From Azolla caroliniana (taxonomy: Eukaryota > Plantae > Polypodiophyta), in assembly GCA_043228905.1 (NCBI GenBank), contig JBHGNT010000113.1, positions 1 through 64,000 of the forward strand: 64,000 nt of DNA. Reading direction: 5' to 3'. Below are positions 9,153 to 21,463 of the stretch, one piece after another; the stretch's first letter is position 1, and every line of letters begins with the position of its first letter. A program made the position numbers and the translations under genes. The notes under the pieces were generated by a model. The model did not search any database, had not been told where the DNA came from, and worked only from the letters and a program-made list of their open reading frames with translations.

Positions 9153-9938
9153 ATGGCAAAGCTTACTTCCGTATTCCTCATGGCCGTGATCATGCTCGCC
9201 GCGTGTACCGCGGCCAATGCTAGGTCTGTAGGGCGGGACCGTGAAGAGGAGCGACGCGATCGACGTCGTGAGGGAGACATTGACGAGGAGAGGCGCGATC
9301 GACGCCGAGAGGGGGAGTGCGATGACGAGAGGCGCGAGCGACGTCGTGAGGGGTTCCTTGAGGAGGGGCGCCGCTACAGAGACAACAAGAGAGACTCCGA
9401 AGAGGAAAGGGAACGTCGTAGCCGTGGTCGCGATGAGCCACGTGACGAGGAACTGAGGCGAGAGTGCGGTGATTTCATCGACAAGCAGATCCGAGAGCTA
9501 CAAGAGCGCTCCGAAAGAGAGGAAGGTGAACAAGGACGTCGCTCCCCATGGATCGAAAACACTCGATACTCAAGACCCTCGGAACGGTGCTGCAGGAACG
9601 TCGAACGAATCCCCGCCGAAGATCGATGCGATCGCCTACGTGATGCCTTGTATGCTGACGAGGAGGAACGACGCAATGATGAAGGCCGACGCCATGGCCA
9701 ACAATCAAGGGAACACCGTAGCTGGGAGGAAGAGGACGAGGAGCGCGAGAGAGATAGCAGCCGTGAGCGACGAGAGGGTGACGAACGCCGCCACCGCATG
9801 TCTCGACGACAAGAGGACGAACGTCAACAACGTCGCCAATTCAAGGCCGATGACGAGGAAAGAGCTCTAGGCGTCGCCGCCTCCCGCCTACTCCAACAGT
9901 GCGATCTTCGCCCTCGTGCTTGTATTCGTCGCTTCTAA
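9153..9938 (+). CDS. 2S albumin-like storage protein, copy 6
   Basis: Intact 261-aa ORF, followed by the short 3' allele. Confidence 0.85.
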   Translation: MAKLTSVFLMAVIMLAACTAANARSVGRDREEERRDRRREGDIDEERRDRRREGECDDERRERRREGFLEEGRRYRDNKRDSEEERERRSRGRDEPRDEELRRECGDFIDKQIRELQERSEREEGEQGRRSPWIENTRYSRPSERCCRNVERIPAEDRCDRLRDALYADEEERRNDEGRRHGQQSREHRSWEEEDEERERDSSRERREGDERRHRMSRRQEDERQQRRQFKADDEERALGVAASRLLQQCDLRPRACIRRF

Positions 9939-10795
9939 ATAGTACATAAACCTTGTTCAAATTATTCTCGTGGTCTCTCTCTAATTACACCCACACGAAC
10001 AAGTGCGTCTCCCCAATCGCGCATTACACCCACACGAACGTAAACACGAGCACCAACGTCCCTCCAACACGAACGTAAACACGACCACCAACGTATAGAA
10101 TTTGCCTATAGGGGACCGCAAACCACCCAAACGGAAAAAAAATATCAAAGCAGAACACCCATACCGCACACGCCACGGCAACGGCTAAGGTCAACTTGTA
10201 CACGCGGCGAATGTGAACTTGCTTCCACACTTGCCCGATAGGACACTCCTAGTGTGGTAGTCCGGTTAGCTTTCCTTGTCGTCGTCGTTACCAACCCCTC
10301 GTCCGAACGAGCGAGTACGGACACCGGTCTATCTACGTTCATCGATGTAGCACACTCGGGAGCCACCACTCGTCCCGCAGTAGCCTCCGCGTGCTTAGTG
10401 TCTCGGCACTAGCGCGTGCTAGTTTAATGTGCACGTGCCCGCACACCCCTACGCGCACGCGCGAGTGCGCACATCTACCTACGTATGTATAAATGTTATG
10501 TTGCTCGACAAGCTCTCGCGCGAGGAGGAGGAGGAGTACCCGCCACAGGTTGCGCCCAGATTGTCTGGTGACAATACGACACCTAGGACTAGCCTAGACG
10601 TGTGGGAGGGTGGACTAGTTGGTATGGGTCTTGGGCAAGAGTTGTACGCAGGGACACACACGTTATGGTAATGGGAGTGGTGAGTGACATGCATGTGCTC
10701 TGATTGCATGGCCATGTGTATATATTAAAGGTGGAGGGAGCAATGTCAATACAATCCATTAGGAGACAAGCACCGGGATCATAAGGACAATCGCA

Positions 10796-11581
10796 ATGGC
10801 AAAGCTTACTTCCGTATTCCTCATGGCCGTGATCATGCTCGTCGCGTGTACCGCGGCCAATGCTAGGTCTGTAGGGCGGGACCGTGAAGAGGAGCGACGC
10901 GATCGACGTCGTGAGGGAGACATTGACGAGGAGAGGCGCGATCGACGCCGAGAGGGGGAGTGCGATGACGAGAGGCGCGAGCGACGTCGTGAGGGGTTCC
11001 TTGAGGAGGGGCGCCGCTACAGAGACAACAAGAGAGACTCCGAAGAGGAAAGGGAACGTCGTAGCCGTGGTCGCGATGAGCCACGTGACGAGGAACTGAG
11101 GCGAGAGTGCGGTGATTTCATCGACAAGCAGATCCGAGAGCTACAAGAGCGCTCCGAAAGAGAGGAAGGTGAACAAGGACGTCGCTCCCCATGGATCAAA
11201 AACACTCGATACTCAAGACCCTCGGAACGGTGCTGCAGGAACGTCGAACGAATCCCCGCCGAAGATCGATGCGATCGCCTACGTGATGCCTTGTATGCTG
11301 ACGAGGAGGAACGACGCAATGATGAAGGCCGACGCCATGGCCAACAATCAAGGGAACACCGTAGCTGGGAGGAAGAGGACGAGGAGCGCGAGAGAGATAG
11401 CAGCCGTGAGCGACGAGAGGGTGACGAACGCCGCCACCGCATGTCTCGACGACAAGAGGACGAACGTCAACAACGTCGCCAATTCAAGGCCGATGACGAG
11501 GAAAGAGCTCTAGGCGTCGCCGCCTCCCGCCTACTCCAACAGTGCGATCTTCGCCCTCGTGCTTGTATTCGTCGCTTCTAA
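10796..11581 (+). CDS. 2S albumin-like storage protein, copy 7 (A16V, E135K)
   Basis: Intact 261-aa ORF. Confidence 0.85.
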   Translation: MAKLTSVFLMAVIMLVACTAANARSVGRDREEERRDRRREGDIDEERRDRRREGECDDERRERRREGFLEEGRRYRDNKRDSEEERERRSRGRDEPRDEELRRECGDFIDKQIRELQERSEREEGEQGRRSPWIKNTRYSRPSERCCRNVERIPAEDRCDRLRDALYADEEERRNDEGRRHGQQSREHRSWEEEDEERERDSSRERREGDERRHRMSRRQEDERQQRRQFKADDEERALGVAASRLLQQCDLRPRACIRRF

Positions 11582-12444
11582 ATAGTACATAAACCTTGTT
11601 CAAATTATTCTCGTGGTCTCTCTCTAATTTCTCGTAAGTGTTTACGAACAAGTGCGTCTCCCCAATCGCGCATTACACCCACACGAACGTAAACACGAGC
11701 ACCAACGTCCCTCCAACACGAACGTAAACACGACCACCAACGTATAGAATTTGCCTATAGGGGACCGCAAACCACCCAAACGGAAAAAAAATATCAAAGC
11801 AGAACACCCATACCGCACACGCCACGGCAACGGCTAAGGTCAACTTGTACACGCGGCGAATGTGAACTTGCTTCCACACTTGCCCGATAGGACACTCCTA
11901 GTGTGGTAGTCCGGTTAGCTTTCCTTGTCGTCGTCATTACCAACCCCTCGTCCGAACGAGCGAGTACGGACACCGGTCTATCTACGTTCATCGATGTAGC
12001 ACACTCGGGAGCCACCACTCGTCCCGCAGTAGCCTCCGCGTGCTTAGTGTCTCGGCACTAGCGCGTGCTAGTTTAATGTGCACGTGCCCGCACACCCCTA
12101 CGCGCACGCGCGAGTGCGCACATCTACCTACGTATGTATAAATGTTATGTTGCTCGACAAGCTCTCGCGCGAGGAGGAGGAGGAGTACCCGCCACAGGTT
12201 GCGCCCAGATTGTCTGGTGACAATACGACACCTAGGACTAGCCTAGACGTGTGGGAGGGTGGACTAGTTGGTATGGGTCTTGGGCAAGAGTTGTACGCAG
12301 GGACACACACGTTATGGTAATGGGAGTGGTGAGTGACATGCATGTGCTCTGATTGCATGGCCATGTGTATATATTAAAGGTGGAGGGAGCAATGTCAATA
12401 CAATCCATTAGGAGACAAGCACCGGGATCATAAGGACAATCGCA

Positions 12445-13230
12445 ATGGCAAAGCTTACTTCCGTATTCCTCATGGCCGTGATCATGCTCGTCGCGTGTAC
12501 CGCGGCCAATGCTAGGTCTGTAGGGCGGGACCGTGAAGAGGAGCGACGCGATCGACGTCGTGAGGGAGACATTGACGAGGAGAGGCGCGATCGACGCCGA
12601 GAGGGGGAGTGCGATGACGAGAGGCGCGAGCGACGTCGTGAGGGGTTCCTTGAGGAGGGGCGCCGCTACAGAGACAACAAGAGAGACTCCGAAGAGGAAA
12701 GGGAACGTCGTAGCCGTGGTCGCGATGAGCCACGTGACGAGGAACTGAGGCGAGAGTGCGGTGATTTCATCGACAAGCAGATCCGAGAGCTACAAGAGCG
12801 CTCCGAAAGAGAGGAAGGTGAACAAGGACGTCGCTCCCCATGGATCGAAAACACTCGATACTCAAGACCCTCGGAACGGTGCTGCAGGAACGTCGAACGA
12901 ATCCCCGCCGAAGATCGATGCGATCGCCTACGTGATGCCTTGTATGCTGACGAGGAGGAACGACGCAATGATGAAGGCCGACGCCATGGCCAACAATCAA
13001 GGGAACACCGTAGCTGGGAGGAAGAGGACGAGGAGCGCGAGAGAGATAGCAGCCGTGAGCGACGAGAGGGTGACGAACGCCGCCACCGCATGTCTCGACG
13101 ACAAGAGGACGAACGTCAACAACGTCGCCAATTCAAGGCCGATGACGAGGAAAGAGCTCTAGGCGTCGCCGCCTCCCGCCTACTCCAACAGTGCGATCTT
13201 CGCCCTCGTGCTTGTATTCGTCGCTTCTAA
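12445..13230 (+). CDS. 2S albumin-like storage protein, copy 8 (A16V)
   Basis: Intact 261-aa ORF. Confidence 0.85.
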   Translation: MAKLTSVFLMAVIMLVACTAANARSVGRDREEERRDRRREGDIDEERRDRRREGECDDERRERRREGFLEEGRRYRDNKRDSEEERERRSRGRDEPRDEELRRECGDFIDKQIRELQERSEREEGEQGRRSPWIENTRYSRPSERCCRNVERIPAEDRCDRLRDALYADEEERRNDEGRRHGQQSREHRSWEEEDEERERDSSRERREGDERRHRMSRRQEDERQQRRQFKADDEERALGVAASRLLQQCDLRPRACIRRF

Positions 13231-14093
13231 ATAGTACATAAACCTTGTTCAAATTATTCTCGTGGTCTCTCTCTAATTTCTCGTAAGTGTTTACGAACAA
13301 GTGCGTCTCCCCAATCGCGCATTACACCCACACGAACGTAAACACGAGCACCAACGTCCCTCCAACACGAACGTAAACACGACCACCAACGTATAGAATT
13401 TGCCTATAGGGGACCGCAAACCACCCAAACGGAAAAAAAATATCAAAGCAGAACACCCATACCGCACACGCCACGGCAACGGCTAAGGTCAACTTGTACA
13501 CGCGGCGAATGTGAACTTGCTTCCACACTTGCCCGATAGGACACTCCTAGTGTGGTAGTCCGGTTAGCTTTCCTTGTCGTCGTCGTTACCAACCCCTCGT
13601 CCGAACGAGCGAGTACGGACACCGGTCTATCTACGTTCATCGATGTAGCACACTCGGGAGCCACCACTCGTCCCGCAGTAGCCTCCGCGTGCTTAGTGTC
13701 TCGGCACTAGCGCGTGCTAGTTTAATGTGCACGTGCCCGCACACCCCTACGCGCACGCGCGAGTGCGCACATCTACCTACGTATGTATAAATGTTATGTT
13801 GCTCGACAAGCTCTCGCGCGAGGAGGAGGAGGAGTACCCGCCACAGGTTGCGCCCAGATTGTCTGGTGACAATACGACACCTAGGACTAGCCTAGACGTG
13901 TGGGAGGGTGGACTAGTTGGTATGGGTCTTGGGCAAGAGTTGTACGCAGGGACACACACGTTATGGTAATGGGAGTGGTGAGTGACATGCATGTGCTCTG
14001 ATTGCATGGCCATGTGTATATATTAAAGGTGGAGGGAGCAATGTCAATACAATCCATTAGGAGACAAGCACCGGGATCATAAGGACAATCGCA

Positions 14094-14879
14094 ATGGCAA
14101 AGCTTACTTCCGTATTCCTCATGGCCGTGATCATGCTCGTCGCGTGTACCGCGGCCAATGCTAGGTCTGTAGGGCGGGACCGTGAAGAGGAGCGACGCGA
14201 TCGACGTCGTGAGGGAGACATTGACGAGGAGAGGCGCGATCGACGCCGAGAGGGGGAGTGCGATGACGAGAGGCGCGAGCGACGTCGTGAGGGGTTCCTT
14301 GAGGAGGGGCGCCGCTACAGAGACAACAAGAGAGACTCCGAAGAGGAAAGGGAACGTCGTAGCCGTGGTCGCGATGAGCCACGTGACGAGGAACTGAGGC
14401 GAGAGTGCGGTGATTTCATCGACAAGCAGATCCGAGAGCTACAAGAGCGCTCCGAAAGAGAGGAAGGTGAACAAGGACGTCGCTCCCCATGGATCGAAAA
14501 CACTCGATACTCAAGACCCTCGGAACGGTGCTGCAGGAACGTCGAACGAATCCCCGCCGAAGATCGATGCGATCGCCTACGTGATGCCTTGTATGCTGAC
14601 GAGGAGGAACGACGCAATGATGAAGGCCGACGCCATGGCCAACAATCAAGGGAACACCGTAGCTGGGAGGAAGAGGACGAGGAGCGCGAGAGAGATAGCA
14701 GCCGTGAGCGACGAGAGGGTGACGAACGCCGCCACCGCATGTCTCGACGACAAGAGGACGAACGTCAACAACGTCGCCAATTCAAGGCCGATGACGAGGA
14801 AAGAGCTCTAGGCGTCGCCGCCTCCCGCCTACTCCAACAGTGCGATCTTCGCCCTCGTGCTTGTATTCGTCGCTTCTAA
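14094..14879 (+). CDS. 2S albumin-like storage protein, copy 9 (A16V)
   Basis: Intact 261-aa ORF. Confidence 0.85.
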   Translation: MAKLTSVFLMAVIMLVACTAANARSVGRDREEERRDRRREGDIDEERRDRRREGECDDERRERRREGFLEEGRRYRDNKRDSEEERERRSRGRDEPRDEELRRECGDFIDKQIRELQERSEREEGEQGRRSPWIENTRYSRPSERCCRNVERIPAEDRCDRLRDALYADEEERRNDEGRRHGQQSREHRSWEEEDEERERDSSRERREGDERRHRMSRRQEDERQQRRQFKADDEERALGVAASRLLQQCDLRPRACIRRF

Positions 14880-15742
14880 ATAGTACATAAACCTTGTTCA
14901 AATTATTCTCGTGGTCTCTCTCTAATTTCTCGTAAGTGTTTACGAACAAGTGCGTCTCCCCAATCGCGCATTACACCCACACGAACGTAAACACGAGCAC
15001 CAACGTCCCTCCAACACGAACGTAAACACGACCACCAACGTATAGAATTTGCCTATAGGGGACCGCAAACCACCCAAACGGAAAAAAAATATCAAAGCAG
15101 AACACCCATACCGCACACGCCACGGCAACGGCTAAGGTCAACTTGTACACGCGGCGAATGTGAACTTGCTTCCACACTTGCCCGATAGGACACTCCTAGT
15201 GTGGTAGTCCGGTTAGCTTTCCTTGTCGTCGTCGTTACCAACCCCTCGTCCGAACGAGCGAGTACGGACACCGGTCTATCTACGTTCATCGATGTAGCAC
15301 ACTCGGGAGCCACCACTCGTCCCGCAGTAGCCTCCGCGTGCTTAGTGTCTCGGCACTAGCGCGTGCTAGTTTAATGTGCACGTGCCCGCACACCCCTACG
15401 CGCACGCGCGAGTGCGCACATCTACCTACGTATGTATAAATGTTATGTTGCTCGACAAGCTCTCGCGCGAGGAGGAGGAGGAGTACCCGCCACAGGTTGC
15501 GCCCAGATTGTCTGGTGACAATACGACACCTAGGACTAGCCTAGACGTGTGGGAGGGTGGACTAGTTGGTATGGGTCTTGGGCAAGAGTTGTACGCAGGG
15601 ACACACACGTTATGGTAATGGGAGTGGTGAGTGACATGCATGTGCTCTGATTGCATGGCCATGTGTATATATTAAAGGTGGAGGGAGCAATGTCAATACA
15701 ATCCATTAGGAGACAAGCACCGGGATCATAAGGACAATCGCA

Positions 15743-16528
15743 ATGGCAAAGCTTACTTCCGTATTCCTCATGGCCGTGATCATGCTCGTCGCGTGTACCG
15801 CGGCCAATGCTAGGTCTGTAGGGCGGGACCGTGAAGAGGAGCGACGCGATCGACGTCGTGAGGGAGACATTGACGAGGAGAGGCGCGATCGACGCCGAGA
15901 GGGGGAGTGCGATGACGAGAGGCGCGAGCGACGTCGTGAGGGGTTCCTTGAGGAGGGGCGCCGCTACAGAGACAACAAGAGAGACTCCGAAGAGGAAAGG
16001 GAACGTCGTAGCCGTGGTCGCGATGAGCCACGTGACGAGGAACTGAGGCGAGAGTGCGGTGATTTCATCGACAAGCAGATCCGAGAGCTACAAGAGCGCT
16101 CCGAAAGAGAGGAAGGTGAACAAGGACGTCGCTCCCCATGGATCAAAAACACTCGATACTCAAGACCCTCGGAACGGTGCTGCAGGAACGTCGAACGAAT
16201 CCCCGCCGAAGATCGATGCGATCGCCTACGTGATGCCTTGTATGCTGACGAGGAGGAACGACGCAATGATGAAGGCCGACGCCATGGCCAACAATCAAGG
16301 GAACACCGTAGCTGGGAGGAAGAGGACGAGGAGCGCGAGAGAGATAGCAGCCGTGAGCGACGAGAGGGTGACGAACGCCGCCACCGCATGTCTCGACGAC
16401 AAGAGGACGAACGTCAACAACGTCGCCAATTCAAGGCCGATGACGAGGAAAGAGCTCTAGGCGTCGCCGCCTCCCGCCTACTCCAACAGTGCGATCTTCG
16501 CCCTCGTGCTTGTATTCGTCGCTTCTAA
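15743..16528 (+). CDS. 2S albumin-like storage protein, copy 10 (A16V, E135K)
   Basis: Intact 261-aa ORF. Confidence 0.85.
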   Translation: MAKLTSVFLMAVIMLVACTAANARSVGRDREEERRDRRREGDIDEERRDRRREGECDDERRERRREGFLEEGRRYRDNKRDSEEERERRSRGRDEPRDEELRRECGDFIDKQIRELQERSEREEGEQGRRSPWIKNTRYSRPSERCCRNVERIPAEDRCDRLRDALYADEEERRNDEGRRHGQQSREHRSWEEEDEERERDSSRERREGDERRHRMSRRQEDERQQRRQFKADDEERALGVAASRLLQQCDLRPRACIRRF

Positions 16529-17391
16529 ATAGTACATAAACCTTGTTCAAATTATTCTCGTGGTCTCTCTCTAATTTCTCGTAAGTGTTTACGAACAAGT
16601 GCGTCTCCCCAATCGCGCATTACACCCACACGAACGTAAACACGAGCACCAACGTCCCTCCAACACGAACGTAAACACGACCACCAACGTATAGAATTTG
16701 CCTATAGGGGACCGCAAACCACCCAAACGGAAAAAAAATATCAAAGCAGAACACCCATACCGCACACGCCACGGCAACGGCTAAGGTCAACTTGTACACG
16801 CGGCGAATGTGAACTTGCTTCCACACTTGCCCGATAGGACACTCCTAGTGTGGTAGTCCGGTTAGCTTTCCTTGTCGTCGTCGTTACCAACCCCTCGTCC
16901 GAACGAGCGAGTACGGACACCGGTCTATCTACGTTCATCGATGTAGCACACTCGGGAGCCACCACTCGTCCCGCAGTAGCCTCCGCGTGCTTAGTGTCTC
17001 GGCACTAGCGCGTGCTAGTTTAATGTGCACGTGCCCGCACACCCCTACGCGCACGCGCGAGTGCGCACATCTACCTACGTATGTATAAATGTTATGTTGC
17101 TCGACAAGCTCTCGCGCGAGGAGGAGGAGGAGTACCCGCCACAGGTTGCGCCCAGATTGTCTGGTGACAATACGACACCTAGGACTAGCCTAGACGTGTG
17201 GGAGGGTGGACTAGTTGGTATGGGTCTTGGGCAAGAGTTGTACGCAGGGACACACACGTTATGGTAATGGGAGTGGTGAGTGACATGCATGTGCTCTGAT
17301 TGCATGGCCATGTGTATATATTAAAGGTGGAGGGAGCAATGTCAATACAATCCATTAGGAGACAAGCACCGGGATCATAAGGACAATCGCA

Positions 17392-18177
17392 ATGGCAAAG
17401 CTTACTTCCGTATTCCTCATGGCCGTGATCATGCTCGCCGCGTGTACCGCGGCCAATGCTAGGTCTGTAGGGCGGGACCGTGAAGAGGAGCGACGCGATC
17501 GACGTCGTGAGGGAGACATTGACGAGGAGAGGCGCGATCGACGCCGAGAGGGGGAGTGCGATGACGAGAGGCGCGAGCGACGTCGTGAGGGGTTCCTTGA
17601 GGAGGGGCGCCGCTACAGAGACAACAAGAGAGACTCCGAAGAGGAAAGGGAACGTCGTAGCCGTGGTCGCGATGAGCCACGTGACGAGGAACTGAGGCGA
17701 GAGTGCGGTGATTTCATCGACAAGCAGATCCGAGAGCTACAAGAGCGCTCCGAAAGAGAGGAAGGTGAACAAGGACGTCGCTCCCCATGGATCGAAAACA
17801 CTCGATACTCAAGACCCTCGGAACGGTGCTGCAGGAACGTCGAACGAATCCCCGCCGAAGATCGATGCGATCGCCTACGTGATGCCTTGTATGCTGACGA
17901 GGAGGAACGACGCAACGATGAAGGCCGACGCCATGGCCAACAATCAAGGGAACACCGTAGCTGGGAGGAAGAGGACGAGGAGCGCGAGAGAGATAGCAGC
18001 CGTGAGCGACGAGAGGGTGACGAACGCCGCCACCGCATGTCTCGACGACAAGAGGACGAACGTCAACAACGTCGCCAATTCAAGGCCGATGACGAGGAAA
18101 GAGCTCTAGGCGTCGCCGCCTCCCGCCTACTCCAACAGTGCGATCTTCGCCCTCGTGCTTGTATTCGTCGCTTCTAA
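17392..18177 (+). CDS. 2S albumin-like storage protein, copy 11
   Basis: Intact 261-aa ORF (synonymous AAT>AAC at N175). Confidence 0.85.
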   Translation: MAKLTSVFLMAVIMLAACTAANARSVGRDREEERRDRRREGDIDEERRDRRREGECDDERRERRREGFLEEGRRYRDNKRDSEEERERRSRGRDEPRDEELRRECGDFIDKQIRELQERSEREEGEQGRRSPWIENTRYSRPSERCCRNVERIPAEDRCDRLRDALYADEEERRNDEGRRHGQQSREHRSWEEEDEERERDSSRERREGDERRHRMSRRQEDERQQRRQFKADDEERALGVAASRLLQQCDLRPRACIRRF

Positions 18178-19034
18178 ATATTACATAAACCTTGTTCAAA
18201 TTATTCTCGTGGTCTCTCTCTAATTACACCCACACGAACAAGTGCGTCTCCCCAATCGCGCATTACACCCACACGAACGTAAACACGAGCACCAACGTCC
18301 CTCCAACACGAACGTAAACACGACCACCAACGTATAGAATTTGCCTATAGGGGACCGCAAACCACCCAAACGGAAAAAAAATATCAAAGCAGAACACCCA
18401 TACCGCACACGCCACGGCAACGGCTAAGGTCAACTTGTACACGCGGCGAATGTGAACTTGCTTCCACACTTGCCCGATAGGACACTCCTAGTGTGGTAGT
18501 CCGGTTAGCTTTCCTTGTCGTCGTCGTTACCAACCCCTCGTCCGAACGAGCGAGTACGGACACCGGTCTATCTACGTTCATCGATGTAGCACACTCGGGA
18601 GCCACCACTCGTCCCGCAGTAGCCTCCGCGTGCTTAGTGTCTCGGCACTAGCGCGTGCTAGTTTAATGTGCACGTGCCCGCACACCCCTACGCGCACGCG
18701 CGAGTGCGCACATCTACCTACGTATGTATAAATGTTATGTTGCTCGACAAGCTCTCGCGCGAGGAGGAGGAGGAGTACCCGCCACAGGTTGCGCCCAGAT
18801 TGTCTGGTGACAATACGACACCTAGGACTAGCCTAGACGTGTGGGAGGGTGGACTAGTTGGTATGGGTCTTGGGCAAGAGTTGTACGCAGGGACACACAC
18901 GTTATGGTAATGGGAGTGGTGAGTGACATGCATGTGCTCTGATTGCATGGCCATGTGTATATATTAAAGGTGGAGGGAGCAATGTCAATACAATCCATTA
19001 GGAGACAAGCACCGGGATCATAAGGACAATCGCA

Positions 19035-19820
19035 ATGGCAAAGCTTACTTCCGTATTCCTCATGGCCGTGATCATGCTCGCCGCGTGTACCGCGGCCAAT
19101 GCTAGGTCTGTAGGGCGGGACCGTGAAGAGGAGCGACGCGATCGACGTCGTGAGGGAGACATTGACGAAGAGAGGCGCGATCGACGCCGAGAGGGGGAGT
19201 GCGATGACGAGAGGCGCGAGCGACGTCGTGAGGGGTTCCTTGAGGAGGGGCGCCGCTACAGAGACAACAAGAGAGACTCCGAAGAGGAAAGGGAACGTCG
19301 TAGCCGTGGTCGCGATGAGCCACGTGACGAGGAACTGAGGCGAGAGTGCGGTGATTTCATCGACAAGCAGATCCGAGAGCTACAAGAGCGCTCCGAAAGA
19401 GAGGAAGGTGAACAAGGACGTCGCTCCCCATGGATCGAAAACACTCGATACTCAAGACCCTCGGAACGGTGCTGCAGGAACGTCGAACGAATCCCCGCCG
19501 AAGATCGATGCGATCGCCTACGTGATGCCTTGTATGCTGACGAGGAGGAACGACGCAATGATGAAGGCCGACGCCATGGCCAACAATCAAGGGAACACCG
19601 TAGCTGGGAGGAAGAGGACGAGGAGCGCGAGAGAGATAGCAGCCGTGAGCGACGAGAGGGTGACGAACGCCGCCACCGCATGTCTCGACGACAAGAGGAC
19701 GAACGTCAACAACGTCGCCAATTCAAGGCCGATGACGAGGAAAGAGCTCTAGGCGTCGCCGCCTCCCGCCTACTCCAACAGTGCGATCTTCGCCCTCGTG
19801 CTTGTATTCGTCGCTTCTAA
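19035..19820 (+). CDS. 2S albumin-like storage protein, copy 12
   Basis: Intact 261-aa ORF (synonymous GAG>GAA at E45). Confidence 0.85.
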   Translation: MAKLTSVFLMAVIMLAACTAANARSVGRDREEERRDRRREGDIDEERRDRRREGECDDERRERRREGFLEEGRRYRDNKRDSEEERERRSRGRDEPRDEELRRECGDFIDKQIRELQERSEREEGEQGRRSPWIENTRYSRPSERCCRNVERIPAEDRCDRLRDALYADEEERRNDEGRRHGQQSREHRSWEEEDEERERDSSRERREGDERRHRMSRRQEDERQQRRQFKADDEERALGVAASRLLQQCDLRPRACIRRF

Positions 19821-20677
19821 ATAGTACATAAACCTTGTTCAAATTATTCTCGTGGTCTCTCTCTAATTACACCCACACGAACAAGTGCGTCTCCCCAATC
19901 GCGCATTACACCCACACGAACGTAAACACGAGCACCAACGTCCCTCCAACACGAACGTAAACACGACCACCAACGTATAGAATTTGCCTATAGGGGACCG
20001 CAAACCACCCAAACGGAAAAAAAATATCAAAGCAGAACACCCATACCGCACACGCCACGGCAACGGCTAAGGTCAACTTGTACACGCGGCGAATGTGAAC
20101 TTGCTTCCACACTTGCCCGATAGGACACTCCTAGTGTGGTAGTCCGGTTAGCTTTCCTTGTCGTCGTCGTTACCAACCCCTCGTCCGAACGAGCGAGTAC
20201 GGACACCGGTCTATCTACGTTCATCGATGTAGCACACTCGGGAGCCACCACTCGTCCCGCAGTAGCCTCCGCGTGCTTAGTGTCTCGGCACTAGCGCGTG
20301 CTAGTTTAATGTGCACGTGCCCGCACACCCCTACGCGCACGCACGAGTGCGCACATCTACCTACGTATGTATAAATGTTATGTTGCTCGACAAGCTCTCG
20401 CGCGAGGAGGAGGAGGAGTACCCGCCACAGGTTGCGCCCAGATTGTCTGGTGACAATACGACACCTAGGACTAGCCTAGACGTGTGGGAGGGTGGACTAG
20501 TTGGTATGGGTCTTGGGCAAGAGTTGTACGCAGGGACACACACGTTATGGTAATGGGAGTGGTGAGTGACATGCATGTGCTCTGATTGCATGGCCATGTG
20601 TATATATTAAAGGTGGAGGGAGCAATGTCAATACAATCCATTAGGAGACAAGCACCGGGATCATAAGGACAATCGCA

Positions 20678-21463
20678 ATGGCAAAGCTTACTTCCGTATT
20701 CCTCATGGCCGTGATCATGCTCGCCGCGTGTACCGCGGCCAATGCTAGGTCTGTAGGGCGGGACCGTGAAGAGGAGCGACGCGATCGACGTCGTGAGGGA
20801 GACATTGACGAGGAGAGGCGCGATCGACGCCGAGAGGGGGAGTGCGATGACGAGAGGCGCGAGCGACGTCGTGAGGGGTTCCTTGAGGAGGGGCGCCGCT
20901 ACAGAGACAACAAGAGAGACTCCGAAGAGGAAAGGGAACGTCGTAGCCGTGGTCGCGATGAGCCACGTGACGAGGAACTGAGGCGAGAGTGCGGTGATTT
21001 CATCGACAAGCAGATCCGAGAGCTACAAGAGCGCTCCGAAAGAGAGGAAGGTGAACAAGGACGTCGCTCCCCATGGATCGAAAACACTCGATACTCAAGA
21101 CCCTCGGAACGGTGCTGCAGGAACGTCGAACGAATCCCCGCCGAAGATCGATGCGATCGCCTACGTGATGCCTTGTATGCTGACGAGGAGGAACGACGCA
21201 ATGATGAAGGCCGACGCCATGGCCAACAATCAAGGGAACACCGTAGCTGGGAGGAAGAGGACGAGGAGCGCGAGAGAGATAGCAGCCGTGAGCGACGAGA
21301 GGGTGACGAACGCCGCCACCGCATGTCTCGACGACAAGAGGACGAACGTCAACAACGTCGCCAATTCAAGGCCGATGACGAGGAAAGAGCTCTAGGCGTC
21401 GCCGCCTCCCGCCTACTCCAACAGTGCGATCTTCGCCCTCGTGCTTGTATTCGTCGCTTCTAA
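20678..21463 (+). CDS. 2S albumin-like storage protein, copy 13
   Basis: Intact 261-aa ORF, consensus protein. Confidence 0.85.
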   Translation: MAKLTSVFLMAVIMLAACTAANARSVGRDREEERRDRRREGDIDEERRDRRREGECDDERRERRREGFLEEGRRYRDNKRDSEEERERRSRGRDEPRDEELRRECGDFIDKQIRELQERSEREEGEQGRRSPWIENTRYSRPSERCCRNVERIPAEDRCDRLRDALYADEEERRNDEGRRHGQQSREHRSWEEEDEERERDSSRERREGDERRHRMSRRQEDERQQRRQFKADDEERALGVAASRLLQQCDLRPRACIRRF

